From: Lachnospiraceae bacterium
Lineage (GTDB): Bacteria > Bacillota > Clostridia > Lachnospirales > Lachnospiraceae
NCBI GenBank assembly: GCA_024698075.1
Contig: JAILRP010000082.1
Location: forward strand, 26,422 to 90,421
Reading direction: 5' to 3'
DNA length: 64,000 bases
Under the pieces are notes generated by a model. That model was not told the origin of the DNA. It worked only from the letters and a program-made list of their open reading frames with translations, and did not search any database. Below are positions 1-8,650 of the stretch, piece by piece. Position 1 is the first letter of the stretch; each line of letters opens with the position of its first letter. A program made the position numbers and the translations under genes.

Positions 1-854
1 CCGATGCCGGTGTCGGTGAAGACCTCCAGAAGGAGGCTGTGCGGCTTTCTTCCGTCGAGTATGTGCACACGGCTGACGCCGCTCTTTATAGCATCCGTGC
101 AGTTTTTAAGCTTCGGCAGCATGCCGCCTCCGATATATCCGCTGTTTACCAGCTCGTCCACTTCCGAGACGGTCAGCCTCGAAATGAACGTGGACGGATC
201 TTCGGGATTCCTGTAAACCCCCTCGATGTCCGTCAGGAACGCGAGCTTGTTCGCACCCATTGCCTTTGCTATGGCGCATGCGGCATCATCCGCGTTTATG
301 TTGTATGTCTGAAAATCACTGTCAAGACCTATCGGGGCAACTATCGGGAGAAAATCCTTCTCGAGAAGGTCCTCGAGTATCTTCGTGTCTACGGCCGTGA
401 CCTCTCCGACAAAGCCTATGTCCTTTCCGTCGGAATACTTCTTCTCAACGGTCAGGAGTCCCCCGTCCTTTCCGGATATGCCGACCGCCTTGACTCCGAG
501 CTCGCTCACCATGGATACGAGCGACTTGTTGACTTTGCCGAGCACCATCTCGGCGATCTCCATAGTTTCGGCATCGGTGACACGTAGCCCGTTAACGAAC
601 TCGCTCGTCTTGCCGATCTTTTTGAGCCATGCGGAGATCTCCTTTCCGCCCCCGTGCACGACTATCGGCTTGAAGCCGACAAGCTTTAAGAGCGTCACAT
701 CCTTTATGACGTTCTTTTTCAGCTCATCATCCGACATCGCGCTGCCGCCGTACTTGACGACGATGACTTTCCTGTTGAACTGCTGGATATAAGGAAGCGC
801 CTCTATCAGCACTTCCGCCTTATGCAGGTATTTTTCCTTGTATATCTCTTCCAT
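1..854 (-). CDS. argB: Acetylglutamate kinase; the 3' end runs off the window
   Basis: I translated the minus strand from the ATG at 854..852: [40 protein letters not shown]...VVHGGGKEI...[13 protein letters not shown]...[11 protein letters not shown]. These are amino-acid-kinase family hallmarks. It lies 17 nt downstream of argJ. It is absent from the ORF track because it is open at the window edge. Confidence 0.9.
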   Translation of the reverse strand, partial: MEEIYKEKYLHKAEVLIEALPYIQQFNRKVIVVKYGGSAMSDDELKKNVIKDVTLLKLVGFKPIVVHGGGKEISAWLKKIGKTSEFVNGLRVTDAETMEIAEMVLGKVNKSLVSMVSELGVKAVGISGKDGGLLTVEKKYSDGKDIGFVGEVTAVDTKILEDLLEKDFLPIVAPIGLDSDFQTYNINADDAACAIAKAMGANKLAFLTDIEGVYRNPEDPSTFISRLTVSEVDELVNSGYIGGGMLPKLKNCTDAIKSGVSRVHILDGRKPHSLLLEVFTDTGI

Positions 855-871
855 CTGATCCCTCTCCCCTT

Positions 872-2101
872 TTATGATCTGTAATCGGCATTTATCTTAA
901 CATAATCGTATGACAGGTCGCATCCGTATGCGACTGCGGATGCATCTCCCTCATCCATGTCGGCCACGACCGTCACCTCGTCCTCGGAAAGGACCGCCGT
1001 CGCCTCCTCCTCGGAAAATCCCGTCTTGACGCCCTTTTCAAACACCCGGACCTTCCCGGCACGGCTTTCGAAATCAAGCGTCACTTTTTCGGGATCAAAT
1101 CCGGCACCCGAATAGCCAAGTGCGCATAGGATCCTTCCGAAGTTCGCATCATGTCCGAATACGGCGGCTTTGCAGAGGGCCGATCCAGCAACTGACCTTG
1201 CGAGCATCTTCGCATTTTCCTTTGTGTCGGCATTTACTACCTTAACCTCAAAGAGTGCGGTGGCGCCTTCTCCGTCCTTTGCCATAGCTCTCGCAAGATA
1301 GGTGTTCACATAGTGGAGGGCTTCCATGAATATGTCAAAATCCTCACCTTCACTGTCTATCACGGGATTTTCCGCAAGGCCGTTCGCCATCAGCAGATAC
1401 GTATCGTTTGTCGAGGTGTCACCGTCGACCGTTATCATATTGAAAGTATCGGGAATATCAAGGTGGGCAGCCTTATCAAGCATTTCCTTCGATATGCTGC
1501 AGTCAGTGCATATGTATGCGAGCATCGTGCACATGTTGGGATGTATCATGCCGCTCCCTTTGCTCATCCCGCCGATGGTGACCGTTTTTCCGCCGATCAC
1601 GGTCCTTACCGCTATCTCCTTCGGAACGGTATCGGTCGTCATTATGGCCGCCTCCGCATCCGCTGCGGCCTGCCTTGTATCCGAAAGTGCATCAGCAAGG
1701 GCTGCAATGCCCGGAAGCACCCTGTCCATCGGTATCTGGTCGCCTATGACTCCCGTGGATCCGATCAGAACCGCATTTTCCGGTATGGCAAGGGCTGCGG
1801 CCACCGCCTTTGCGGTTTCCCGGCAGACTTTCATGCCCTGCTCTCCCGTTGCGGCATTGGCTATGCCCGAATTTGCCACGACTGCCTGAACAAACGGCGA
1901 TGTTTCGACAACTTCCATGTCGTGTTTTACGGGTGCCGCCTTGACGACATTTGACGTGAACATGCCGGCAGCCACCGCGGGCTTTTCCGAATATATCATG
2001 GCCATATCCTTGCGTCCCGTATACTTGATGCCTGCCGCGACTCCGGCAGCCTTAAAACCATTTGCGGCGGTCACTCCGCCATCGATCACTTCATAAGACA
2101 T
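872..2101 (-). CDS. argJ: Bifunctional ornithine acetyltransferase / N-acetylglutamate synthase
   Basis: 409 aa. It resembles ArgJ along its full length ([19 protein letters not shown]..., self-cleavage context [14 protein letters not shown]). It sits between the GNAT gene and argB. Confidence 0.92.
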   Translation of the reverse strand: MSYEVIDGGVTAANGFKAAGVAAGIKYTGRKDMAMIYSEKPAVAAGMFTSNVVKAAPVKHDMEVVETSPFVQAVVANSGIANAATGEQGMKVCRETAKAVAAALAIPENAVLIGSTGVIGDQIPMDRVLPGIAALADALSDTRQAAADAEAAIMTTDTVPKEIAVRTVIGGKTVTIGGMSKGSGMIHPNMCTMLAYICTDCSISKEMLDKAAHLDIPDTFNMITVDGDTSTNDTYLLMANGLAENPVIDSEGEDFDIFMEALHYVNTYLARAMAKDGEGATALFEVKVVNADTKENAKMLARSVAGSALCKAAVFGHDANFGRILCALGYSGAGFDPEKVTLDFESRAGKVRVFEKGVKTGFSEEEATAVLSEDEVTVVADMDEGDASAVAYGCDLSYDYVKINADYRS

Positions 2102-2113
2102 AACACACCACCA

Positions 2114-2560
2114 TCATTTATTGAAATTCACTATATTTTCGGTATTCAGGACAAAATCGTAATAGTTCAGGTCTTCGCGCTTTGTCCAGCCAATCGTCTT
2201 CCAGAAAGCGTTTCCGATATCGTTTGCCGTAAACGCTATTAGGCTCACCTTGCTTATCCGGTTCTTCTTAAGGGCGTTCATGCAGAAGGTGACCATAGCC
2301 TTGCCTATGCCCCGACGCCTGTAGTCGGGATGTACGCACACATGGTACAGGCATCCCCTTCTCCCGTCATGCCCGCACAGTATGGCGCCTACTATCTTCC
2401 CGTCGCATAAAGCGACAACGCTGGTATCCGGATTTCTTTCAAGAAATCTTTCGACGCCTTCCCTCGAATCATCAACGGAACGGATGGCGAAGCCCCTGAT
2501 CGTCATCCAGAGGGCATGTACCTCTTCATAATCTTGTGCTGTCATCAGTCTTATCTGCAT
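2114..2560 (-). CDS. GNAT-family N-acetyltransferase, first gene of the argJ-argB operon
   Basis: 148 aa, single GNAT domain with the acetyl-CoA motif YRRRGIGKAMV. It lies 12 nt upstream of argJ. Confidence 0.8.
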   Translation of the reverse strand: MQIRLMTAQDYEEVHALWMTIRGFAIRSVDDSREGVERFLERNPDTSVVALCDGKIVGAILCGHDGRRGCLYHVCVHPDYRRRGIGKAMVTFCMNALKKNRISKVSLIAFTANDIGNAFWKTIGWTKREDLNYYDFVLNTENIVNFNK

Positions 2561-2616
2561 ATCGTATCTCCGGACACCATTTCAGATTTTACAATAAAAG
2601 GATGAATAACTCAAAT

Positions 2617-2771
2617 TATGATTTTATGCAGTCCTTACTGCATTTTCTGCATATTATGCAAATATTTATGCATATTATGCATTTTCCATTTTACCCTTTT
2701 TACTCGCAATGTCAATACTTTTCGCAAACATTTCAGAATTTCTTCTTTCAAAAGGTATTGCATTTTATGCA
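2617..2771. promoter_or_regulatory. Cluster of TGCAT-N3-ATGCA palindromes in the divergent GNAT-argJ-argB / argG control region; candidate arginine-repressor operators
   Basis: Perfect TGCATATTATGCA at 2648-2660 and 2669-2681. TGCATTTTATGCA at 2759-2771. Imperfect TGCATTTTCTGCA at 2639-2651. A half-site-rich stretch at 2617-2630. All lie in the 298-nt AT-rich spacer between two arg transcription units. Confidence 0.5.
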
Positions 2772-2858
2772 GAAGTGATTTATATTATATACGATCTGAA
2801 GACAAAGCATCGGTGCGGCATGCCGGCCGGTGCCAAATGACAGGAGGTAATAAATATT

Positions 2859-4079
2859 ATGAAAGAAAAAGTCATTCTGGCCTACTCAGGCGGGCTCGAC
2901 ACCACCGCCATCATTCCCTGGCTCAAGGAAAACTATGATTACGAGGTCATCTGCTGCTGCATAGACTGCGGACAGGAAAGCGAACTTGACGGCCTCGAGG
3001 AGCGCGCAAAGGAAAGCGGTGCATCCAAACTGTATATAGAAGACGTAGTCGATGAATTCTGCGATGAATACATCATGCCCTGCGTAAAGGGCTGTGCGGT
3101 ATACGAGAACAAGTATCTTCTCGGAACGAGCATGGCAAGGCCCGTTATCGCAAAGCGGCTTGTCGAGATCGCACGCAAGGAAGGGGCTTCGGCCATCTGC
3201 CACGGAGCTACCGGCAAAGGAAATGACCAGATAAGGTTTGAGCTGGCCATAAAGGCTCTTGCACCGGATATCAGGATAATCGCCGCATGGCGTGATGACA
3301 AATGGAAGCTCGATTCCCGTGAATCCGAGATCGAATACTGCAGGAACCACGGAATACATCTTCCGTTCTCCGCAGACAACAGCTACAGCAGGGACCGCAA
3401 CCTCTGGCACATAAGCCACGAAGGCCTCGAACTCGAGGATCCGGCATGTGAGCCCAACTATGAGCATCTGCTCGTGCTCGGAGTCACTCCCGAAAAGGCT
3501 CCTGACGAAGGTGAGTATGTGACCATGACTTTCGAAGCGGGTGTTCCGGTCAGCATCAACGGCGAAAAGATGAAGGTATCCGACATCATCCGCAAGCTCA
3601 ATGCCCTCGGCGGAAAACACGGCATCGGCATTGTCGATATCGTTGAGAACCGCGTCGTAGGCATGAAGAGCCGCGGCGTATATGAGACACCGGGCGGAAC
3701 CATCCTCATGGAAGCCCACCAGCAGCTCGAGGAGCTCATCCTCGACCGCGACACCTATGCGCTCAAGAAGGACATGGGCAACCGCCTCGCTCAGATAGTA
3801 TACGAAGGCAAGTGGTTCACGCCTCTGCGTGAAGCAGTCTGCGCATTCATCGAGAGCACTCAGAAATACGTTACCGGAGAAGTAAAGTTCAAGCTTTACA
3901 AAGGCAATATCATCAAGGCCGGGACAACTTCACCGTATTCGCTCTATAACGAGAGCATCGCAAGCTTCAAGACCGGTGACCTTTATGACCACCATGATGC
4001 GACCGGATTCATCAACCTGTTCGGTCTGTCATGCAAGGTCCGCGCGATGAAGCTTCAGAGCCTTGAGGATAAAAAATAA
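2859..4079 (+). CDS. argG: Argininosuccinate synthase
   Basis: 406 aa with the N-terminal AYSGGLDTT PP-loop and ArgG-like sequence throughout (GATGKGNDQIRFE, ENRVVGMKSRGVYETPGG). The RBS AGGAGG lies upstream. Confidence 0.95.
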   Translation: MKEKVILAYSGGLDTTAIIPWLKENYDYEVICCCIDCGQESELDGLEERAKESGASKLYIEDVVDEFCDEYIMPCVKGCAVYENKYLLGTSMARPVIAKRLVEIARKEGASAICHGATGKGNDQIRFELAIKALAPDIRIIAAWRDDKWKLDSRESEIEYCRNHGIHLPFSADNSYSRDRNLWHISHEGLELEDPACEPNYEHLLVLGVTPEKAPDEGEYVTMTFEAGVPVSINGEKMKVSDIIRKLNALGGKHGIGIVDIVENRVVGMKSRGVYETPGGTILMEAHQQLEELILDRDTYALKKDMGNRLAQIVYEGKWFTPLREAVCAFIESTQKYVTGEVKFKLYKGNIIKAGTTSPYSLYNESIASFKTGDLYDHHDATGFINLFGLSCKVRAMKLQSLEDKK

Positions 4080-4085
4080 GGATAA

Positions 4086-4382
4086 ATGCAGGTACTCTTA
4101 TACATAGCAATCTACCTTCTGGCTATCAATCTGGCGGGCTTTACCGCAATGGGCATTGACAAGCGCAAAGCCCGCCGGAATAAATGGCGCATACCCGAAG
4201 CCACCCTGTTTCTTTTTGCCATATTCGGCGGAAGTCTCGGATGTCTTCTCGGAATGCACATCTTTCATCACAAAACACAGAAAAGCGCATTTTATATCGG
4301 AATTCCGGTCATACTGGGAATACAGCTCGTGATCGCACTGTATTTCTTCTTTCTGGCACCGCTGAAATTCCGCATACTGTGA
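4086..4382 (+). CDS. DUF1294-type small membrane protein
   Basis: 98 aa with three hydrophobic segments and KRKARRNKWRIPE...FGGSLG, typical of DUF1294. It lies 6 nt after argG. Confidence 0.75.
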   Translation: MQVLLYIAIYLLAINLAGFTAMGIDKRKARRNKWRIPEATLFLFAIFGGSLGCLLGMHIFHHKTQKSAFYIGIPVILGIQLVIALYFFFLAPLKFRIL

Positions 4383-4397
4383 CAGGGCAGGGATGAC

Positions 4398-5129
4398 ATG
4401 ACCATATATCTGGCAATCTGCGACAACAACATAGCCGACCGCAAACAGCTCGAGCGCCTGCTGTCCCGCGAAAAGGACAGGCGCCTTCGGGAAAACTATG
4501 ACGTCCTCTATATCGATTCATTCGGGAGCGAGGAAGCTCTTATGGCCACCCCCGTAAAATATGACATATTTTTCGTAGATGTGACCGAAGGTGCCTCAAA
4601 CGGGATCGAGATAGCCAAAAAGCTCAGGCAGCGCGGTATCAGCGCTCCCATTGTGCTCTGCCAGTCAACGATAAACTATTCTTCATATGTAAATGCCCCC
4701 GAAGACATCATATATATCGAAAAGCCCATCAACGCCGGGCAGGTGAGCCACCTTACGGACGTTGCATTCGAATGGTCAAAGCGCAAGGCCCCGCTCATCG
4801 AGATAAGATGTCAGAAAGACACCCGTTTCATCAGACATGATGAGCTTGTAAAGGCAACGCCCCTCGATAAGTTCCTGACCAGGATCAGCCTGTCTGACGG
4901 CGAATGCGTCGATATGACAGAGTCCCTTGCATCGCTCGAAGTACAGTGCATGTCCTTTGGATGTTTTGTCAGATGCGGGAGGGACCTCATTAACGTTTAC
5001 CACATCGAAGGAACATCCGGGCGCGGCTTCCGCCTTTCCAACGGTGATATAGTCACTTATTCATTCACCCAGAAGAATGCCATCATCAAAGCCATGGCGG
5101 ACAGCATCGGTACATGCAGGGAACATTAG
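4398..5129 (+). CDS. Orphan response-regulator-like protein with a C-terminal LytTR DNA-binding domain
   Basis: 243 aa. The N-terminal receiver-like fold (IYLAICDNN...IFFVDV...) is followed by a LytTR-like C-terminal half (IEIRCQKDTRFIRHDELV...RCGRDLINVYHI). No histidine kinase gene lies adjacent. Confidence 0.75.
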   Translation: MTIYLAICDNNIADRKQLERLLSREKDRRLRENYDVLYIDSFGSEEALMATPVKYDIFFVDVTEGASNGIEIAKKLRQRGISAPIVLCQSTINYSSYVNAPEDIIYIEKPINAGQVSHLTDVAFEWSKRKAPLIEIRCQKDTRFIRHDELVKATPLDKFLTRISLSDGECVDMTESLASLEVQCMSFGCFVRCGRDLINVYHIEGTSGRGFRLSNGDIVTYSFTQKNAIIKAMADSIGTCREH

Positions 5130-6410
5130 CGCCGCACTCTCCTCCGTTTTTTCATATTTCGCAACTGCCTTCCTTATCAGCTCCATGAGCTCTTCCATTT
5201 CCGTTCTGATACGGCGGAGCCGCTCACACACTCTTTCAAGCGCATGTTCTGCGTATATCCTCGTGCTTATCGTATATGCTATATCCCGGCGGATATTGTC
5301 CACCCGGTCGGCCGCACTTATGATGATCGGTACCTGCTCGGACATGAGCATGGCTGCCGCCCGGCATCTGTCGGCGTCAAGATACATGCTTCCCGTGGAT
5401 GCAAAACCGACGGCGTCTGATGCTGCCGCAGTCAGTTTCCGAACGAATTCCGCCGTGAGCATCCCCATAACCGGGGCAGCTGTATCCGATATATCCGCGT
5501 CGGGCGTTGTCAGCGCAAGAGATATGGCAAGGCCCGCCGCCCTGCTCATAACACCTTTATCCTCTGATTTCACGGGATCGAGCAGCCGGCACATGGCATC
5601 CGTAAGCCTCCCGAGGCCCTTTGAGACCGCTCCCTGGCTTCTTACGCTCGTAAAGCTCCCATCCGCACCGAAACTGTTCTCGGTAAGCAGGGTGACCGGT
5701 GAATGCGCATACGCAGGACCCGTGTCATTGGCAACGTATATGCATGTTCCCGCTATCCCCGTAAGAAGGATGTTCACAAAGTCATTGTATGCGCTTATCG
5801 ATATGATCTTAGGCGAGGCGGCGGCAACCGCGTCGGCATTTTCCCGTATGAACTCATCGCCGAAGCCCTGTCCGTCATAGGAAACGCAGCGGCTGATCCT
5901 GTCTGCGCTCTTTACCGTGACATACTGGGCAAGGTTCCCTCCCTTTGAATGTCCCGTCACCTCTATGTCTGAATATGCGCTGCATTCGCTTTCGATAAAA
6001 TCATCCGCAAGGGCCTGCAGTCTCGTGTCTTCGGCAAATGCCCCCTCAAAGTTGTCGGTCCATGCTTCCTTTGTCCCTCCGGTCCCCCGGAATACGACCA
6101 CCGGCTTCTCATCCCTGTCATCCGTGTAGCAGATGGCCCTTATGTCTTTCTCTTCAAGGCATCTGGCGGCCGAAAGCCTGCCGAATTCCGGATTTTCGCG
6201 GATCCGCTCATCCATCTTCTCAAATACCGCCTTCACTTCGGCGGTGCTCATCCCTCCGCCTGCGGCGGCGCCATAAACGCTCTCTTCGGTAAATCCTCCG
6301 CCGTCGGCCCTGAAAGAGCCGATTATGTCTTCAATCGGCCTTTCTGACAGGCATGCCGGTATATATATGAAATTTGATAAGAGAAGTAGTTCCTGTTCTG
6401 TATATGCCAC
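5061..6410 (-). CDS. DUF2974/Mbeg1-like alpha/beta-hydrolase (lipase or esterase fold) with a C-terminal helical domain; candidate type VII secreted effector
   Basis: 449 aa. It has the N-terminal LLLLSNFIYIP signature, VVVFRGTGG, and the nucleophile elbow VTGHSKGGNLAQYV (GxSxG). The last ~150 aa are predicted helical and end ...ELIRKAVAKYEKTEES (YxxxE). No Sec-type signal peptide is visible. It is the last gene of the WXG100/EssC operon, 2 nt after the preceding gene. Confidence 0.75.
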   Translation of the reverse strand: MAYTEQELLLLSNFIYIPACLSERPIEDIIGSFRADGGGFTEESVYGAAAGGGMSTAEVKAVFEKMDERIRENPEFGRLSAARCLEEKDIRAICYTDDRDEKPVVVFRGTGGTKEAWTDNFEGAFAEDTRLQALADDFIESECSAYSDIEVTGHSKGGNLAQYVTVKSADRISRCVSYDGQGFGDEFIRENADAVAAASPKIISISAYNDFVNILLTGIAGTCIYVANDTGPAYAHSPVTLLTENSFGADGSFTSVRSQGAVSKGLGRLTDAMCRLLDPVKSEDKGVMSRAAGLAISLALTTPDADISDTAAPVMGMLTAEFVRKLTAAASDAVGFASTGSMYLDADRCRAAAMLMSEQVPIIISAADRVDNIRRDIAYTISTRIYAEHALERVCERLRRIRTEMEELMELIRKAVAKYEKTEESAALMFPACTDAVRHGFDDGILLGE

Positions 6411-6412
6411 TC

Positions 6413-7699
6413 TTACTCTATTCCCACTACATAGGTGTAAGCGCCGGCGGTGAGCCTGTCGCCGTCGGAGAGCTTCTTTTCCGAAACCCTTACTCCGTTG
6501 ACTCTTGTTCCGTTTGCAGACTTTAAGTCTCTGACAAAAACGCTTCCGTCATCTTCATACAGCTCGAAGTGTCTCCTTGAAAGCGCATCGTCGTCTATAA
6601 CCACATCGCAGTCTCCTCTGCCTACCGTCATCGGATAAGAAAGGGCTGCGGTATATTTTCCGTCAGATGCTCTTCCGCCTGTCAGCGTCACCACCCTTCC
6701 GTTCTCATACAGAAGCCGCGTGGATCCCGCGTCACCATCATCAAGCACTGTGGTGCCCGCTATGTCAAAATCACCGAAGAATTCCTCCTCACGCTCCTGC
6801 ACTCTTACAATCCCACTGCGCTTCTTCTTCATGACCGCAAAGCCTCCGAGGATGCCGGCAGTAAGTCCGGCGAGGACAAGTGCCGCGGAGAGGATGAGCG
6901 CACCGGTTCCGGCAAAGAAATGCGGTGTCCTCTCATATTCGTATACGACTCCCTCCTCTTCAAAAGGCCCTTCCATATATTCTTCCGGACCGATCTCATC
7001 GTACTCGCCGTATTCTTCTTCGTAGGTCTGCCCTTCATCTTCGCCGGCATATCCGTCCGTTTCTTCGTATGCTTCGTATCCCTCATCCCCGGCGGGCTCA
7101 TCCTCTTCCTCATACCGGCTCCACCAGGCCCTGCTGTATTCATCCATCGCCGAAAAGACCATTTCGGTAAGCTGTCTGTCTACTTCCGCATCCGAGCCTT
7201 CGAACTCAGATTCAAACAGCCGTCCTCCGCTTGTCACCGCAACCGCCGACAGACCCTTCTTTGCCGCTGCATTATCCTCCTGATCTAGCATCACCACATA
7301 GACCGGGTACCCGCTCTTTTCGAGCAGATAATACAGCTCTTCCTTCTCATGTGAGATCATTCCGCCCTCGAGACCGTCCGTGAACACTACTATGTCCCTG
7401 CAGGCAAAATCGGATGACCTCCACCGAAGTATCACTTCACAGAGCGTATCTCCAAGGTTAGAATCCTTCGGTCCGAACTCAATGCCGTCAAGGGTGCACA
7501 TAAGATCATTCGCATCCCCCGTGAAGCTTTCTTCTTCCGATACGTCATGCTCGTATGTGCTGAGGCAGAATGCCCTGTCCTCCGGAAGATGGTAGAACAT
7601 ATATTTAAGCGTTGCCTTTGCAATCTTTTGGCTGACCGGGCCAAGCGTCGCATCATTGTCGAGAAGGACCAGGGTCTGTCCGCATACCCGCATGCTCAA
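6413..7699 (-). CDS. Membrane protein: N-terminal vWA-like domain, Glu/Tyr-rich acidic linker, one TM helix, C-terminal FHA domain
   Basis: 428 aa. The vWA-like elements are LVLLDNDATLG (DxDxT in the MIDAS position) and IVVFTDG. The acidic low-complexity stretch is YEEEDEPAGDEGYEAYEETDGYAGEDEGQTYEEEYGEYDE. The TM helix is GALILSAALVLAGLTAGILGGFAV followed by MKKKR. The FHA signature is VGRGDCDVVIDD..LSRRHFEL...SANGTRVNG. The FHA call is firm. The vWA call is tentative. Confidence 0.7.
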   Translation of the reverse strand: MSMRVCGQTLVLLDNDATLGPVSQKIAKATLKYMFYHLPEDRAFCLSTYEHDVSEEESFTGDANDLMCTLDGIEFGPKDSNLGDTLCEVILRWRSSDFACRDIVVFTDGLEGGMISHEKEELYYLLEKSGYPVYVVMLDQEDNAAAKKGLSAVAVTSGGRLFESEFEGSDAEVDRQLTEMVFSAMDEYSRAWWSRYEEEDEPAGDEGYEAYEETDGYAGEDEGQTYEEEYGEYDEIGPEEYMEGPFEEEGVVYEYERTPHFFAGTGALILSAALVLAGLTAGILGGFAVMKKKRSGIVRVQEREEEFFGDFDIAGTTVLDDGDAGSTRLLYENGRVVTLTGGRASDGKYTAALSYPMTVGRGDCDVVIDDDALSRRHFELYEDDGSVFVRDLKSANGTRVNGVRVSEKKLSDGDRLTAGAYTYVVGIE

Positions 7700-8010
7700 C
7701 TTATCGCAGCCGCGGAAAGGCTGCCTGCAAGACTGCCACTCTCCGATTCGGCCTGAATGTATTCGTTAGCCATCTCGGTCAGGTCCTCCGAGTGTTTTCT
7801 GATGATCGCATAAAGCCTGTTCATATCGGATGAAAGTGACGAGAACCTGTTTGCGAATCCGGTCGCCGCCTCACCCTGCCATACTGGCTTGAAGCTTTCC
7901 ACGATGGATATCATCTCCTCCGTCAGGTTTCTTATCACCGTTTCGGTATTCATAAACTCCGACGCGGCCTCGATCAGTTTTTCCGGCGTTACTTTGAGCA
8001 TTTTTTCCAT
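7696..8010 (-). CDS. WXG100 (EsxA-like) protein
   Basis: 104 aa, helical, with the central motif VWQGEAATGF and the C-terminal EYIQAE (YxxxE). It overlaps the downstream gene by 4 nt. Confidence 0.85.
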   Translation of the reverse strand: MEKMLKVTPEKLIEAASEFMNTETVIRNLTEEMISIVESFKPVWQGEAATGFANRFSSLSSDMNRLYAIIRKHSEDLTEMANEYIQAESESGSLAGSLSAAAIS

Positions 8011-8297
8011 TACATGACCCTCCCTGTATTCCTGCGCTCCGCCATGTCATATCTGTCGGCGATATAGCCTATCACCTCCAGATAGCGGCTAATGACTTCA
8101 ATGAAAGAATCCATCTGTCCTGCATTTCTCATGAACTGCTCGTGAAAGCTGTCGTTTGCGGCACCTTCCCACATGGATCTGAGCGAAAGTTCCTTTGAAC
8201 AGAGTATATCCTTTTCCTGCCTGAACTTCTGAAGAAGAGCTGTCAGCTCATCCTTCTTGCCCCTCAGCCTCACGCTGTCGACTTGATAAAATGACAT
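8010..8297 (-). CDS. WXG100-like small helical protein
   Basis: 95 aa with the central MWEGAANDSF and the C-terminal RYDMAE (YxxxE). It overlaps the next gene by 1 nt. Confidence 0.75.
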   Translation of the reverse strand: MSFYQVDSVRLRGKKDELTALLQKFRQEKDILCSKELSLRSMWEGAANDSFHEQFMRNAGQMDSFIEVISRYLEVIGYIADRYDMAERRNTGRVM

Positions 8298-8344
8298 TTG
8301 TTATTATTCTCCTTTCTTGTTAACATAACTACCGACCAGCTCGG

Positions 8345-8650
8345 TCAAAAGCAGACCGATGCGGCCGCTTTTTCAGCCTTGTATACAATGTCGGCAGTCG
8401 CTCTGATATTTCTGGCGATACGCATAAGATCGTCTGCAGTACTGTATATTTCGGCCGTCGTCCTTTTTCCTGCCAGCTCTATTGACCCACCTGCATCACC
8501 CCTCCAGCTATTCTTCAGAACGAGGAGCGCCGACTCGACTCCGCTGTTCGCGGCACGGCTCAGGCTGTCCGCCAGACGTTCGAGCTCCTGGGCCTGGTTT
8601 ATGGCTCTTGAAAAATCCATTTCTATCTCTCTTTTGCTTTTTTCTGTCAT
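8345..8650 (-). CDS. WXG100-like small helical protein
   Basis: 101 aa with the central SWRGDAGG. The RBS and coding pattern are consistent with operon membership. Confidence 0.7.
   Translation of the reverse strand: MTEKSKREIEMDFSRAINQAQELERLADSLSRAANSGVESALLVLKNSWRGDAGGSIELAGKRTTAEIYSTADDLMRIARNIRATADIVYKAEKAAASVCF

Noticed and set aside
39-792. Plus-strand ORFs 4-216, 39-587 and 385-792 at the left edge.
   Set aside because: The minus strand across 1-854 translates into a full-length-quality acetylglutamate kinase (argB). The plus-strand ORFs have no recognisable features.
6829-7288. Several 80-120-aa ORFs on both strands within the acidic-linker region of the vWA/FHA gene.
   Set aside because: They are artefacts of the GAA/GAG/TAC-rich low-complexity coding sequence, which stays open in multiple frames. 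They have no independent signals.
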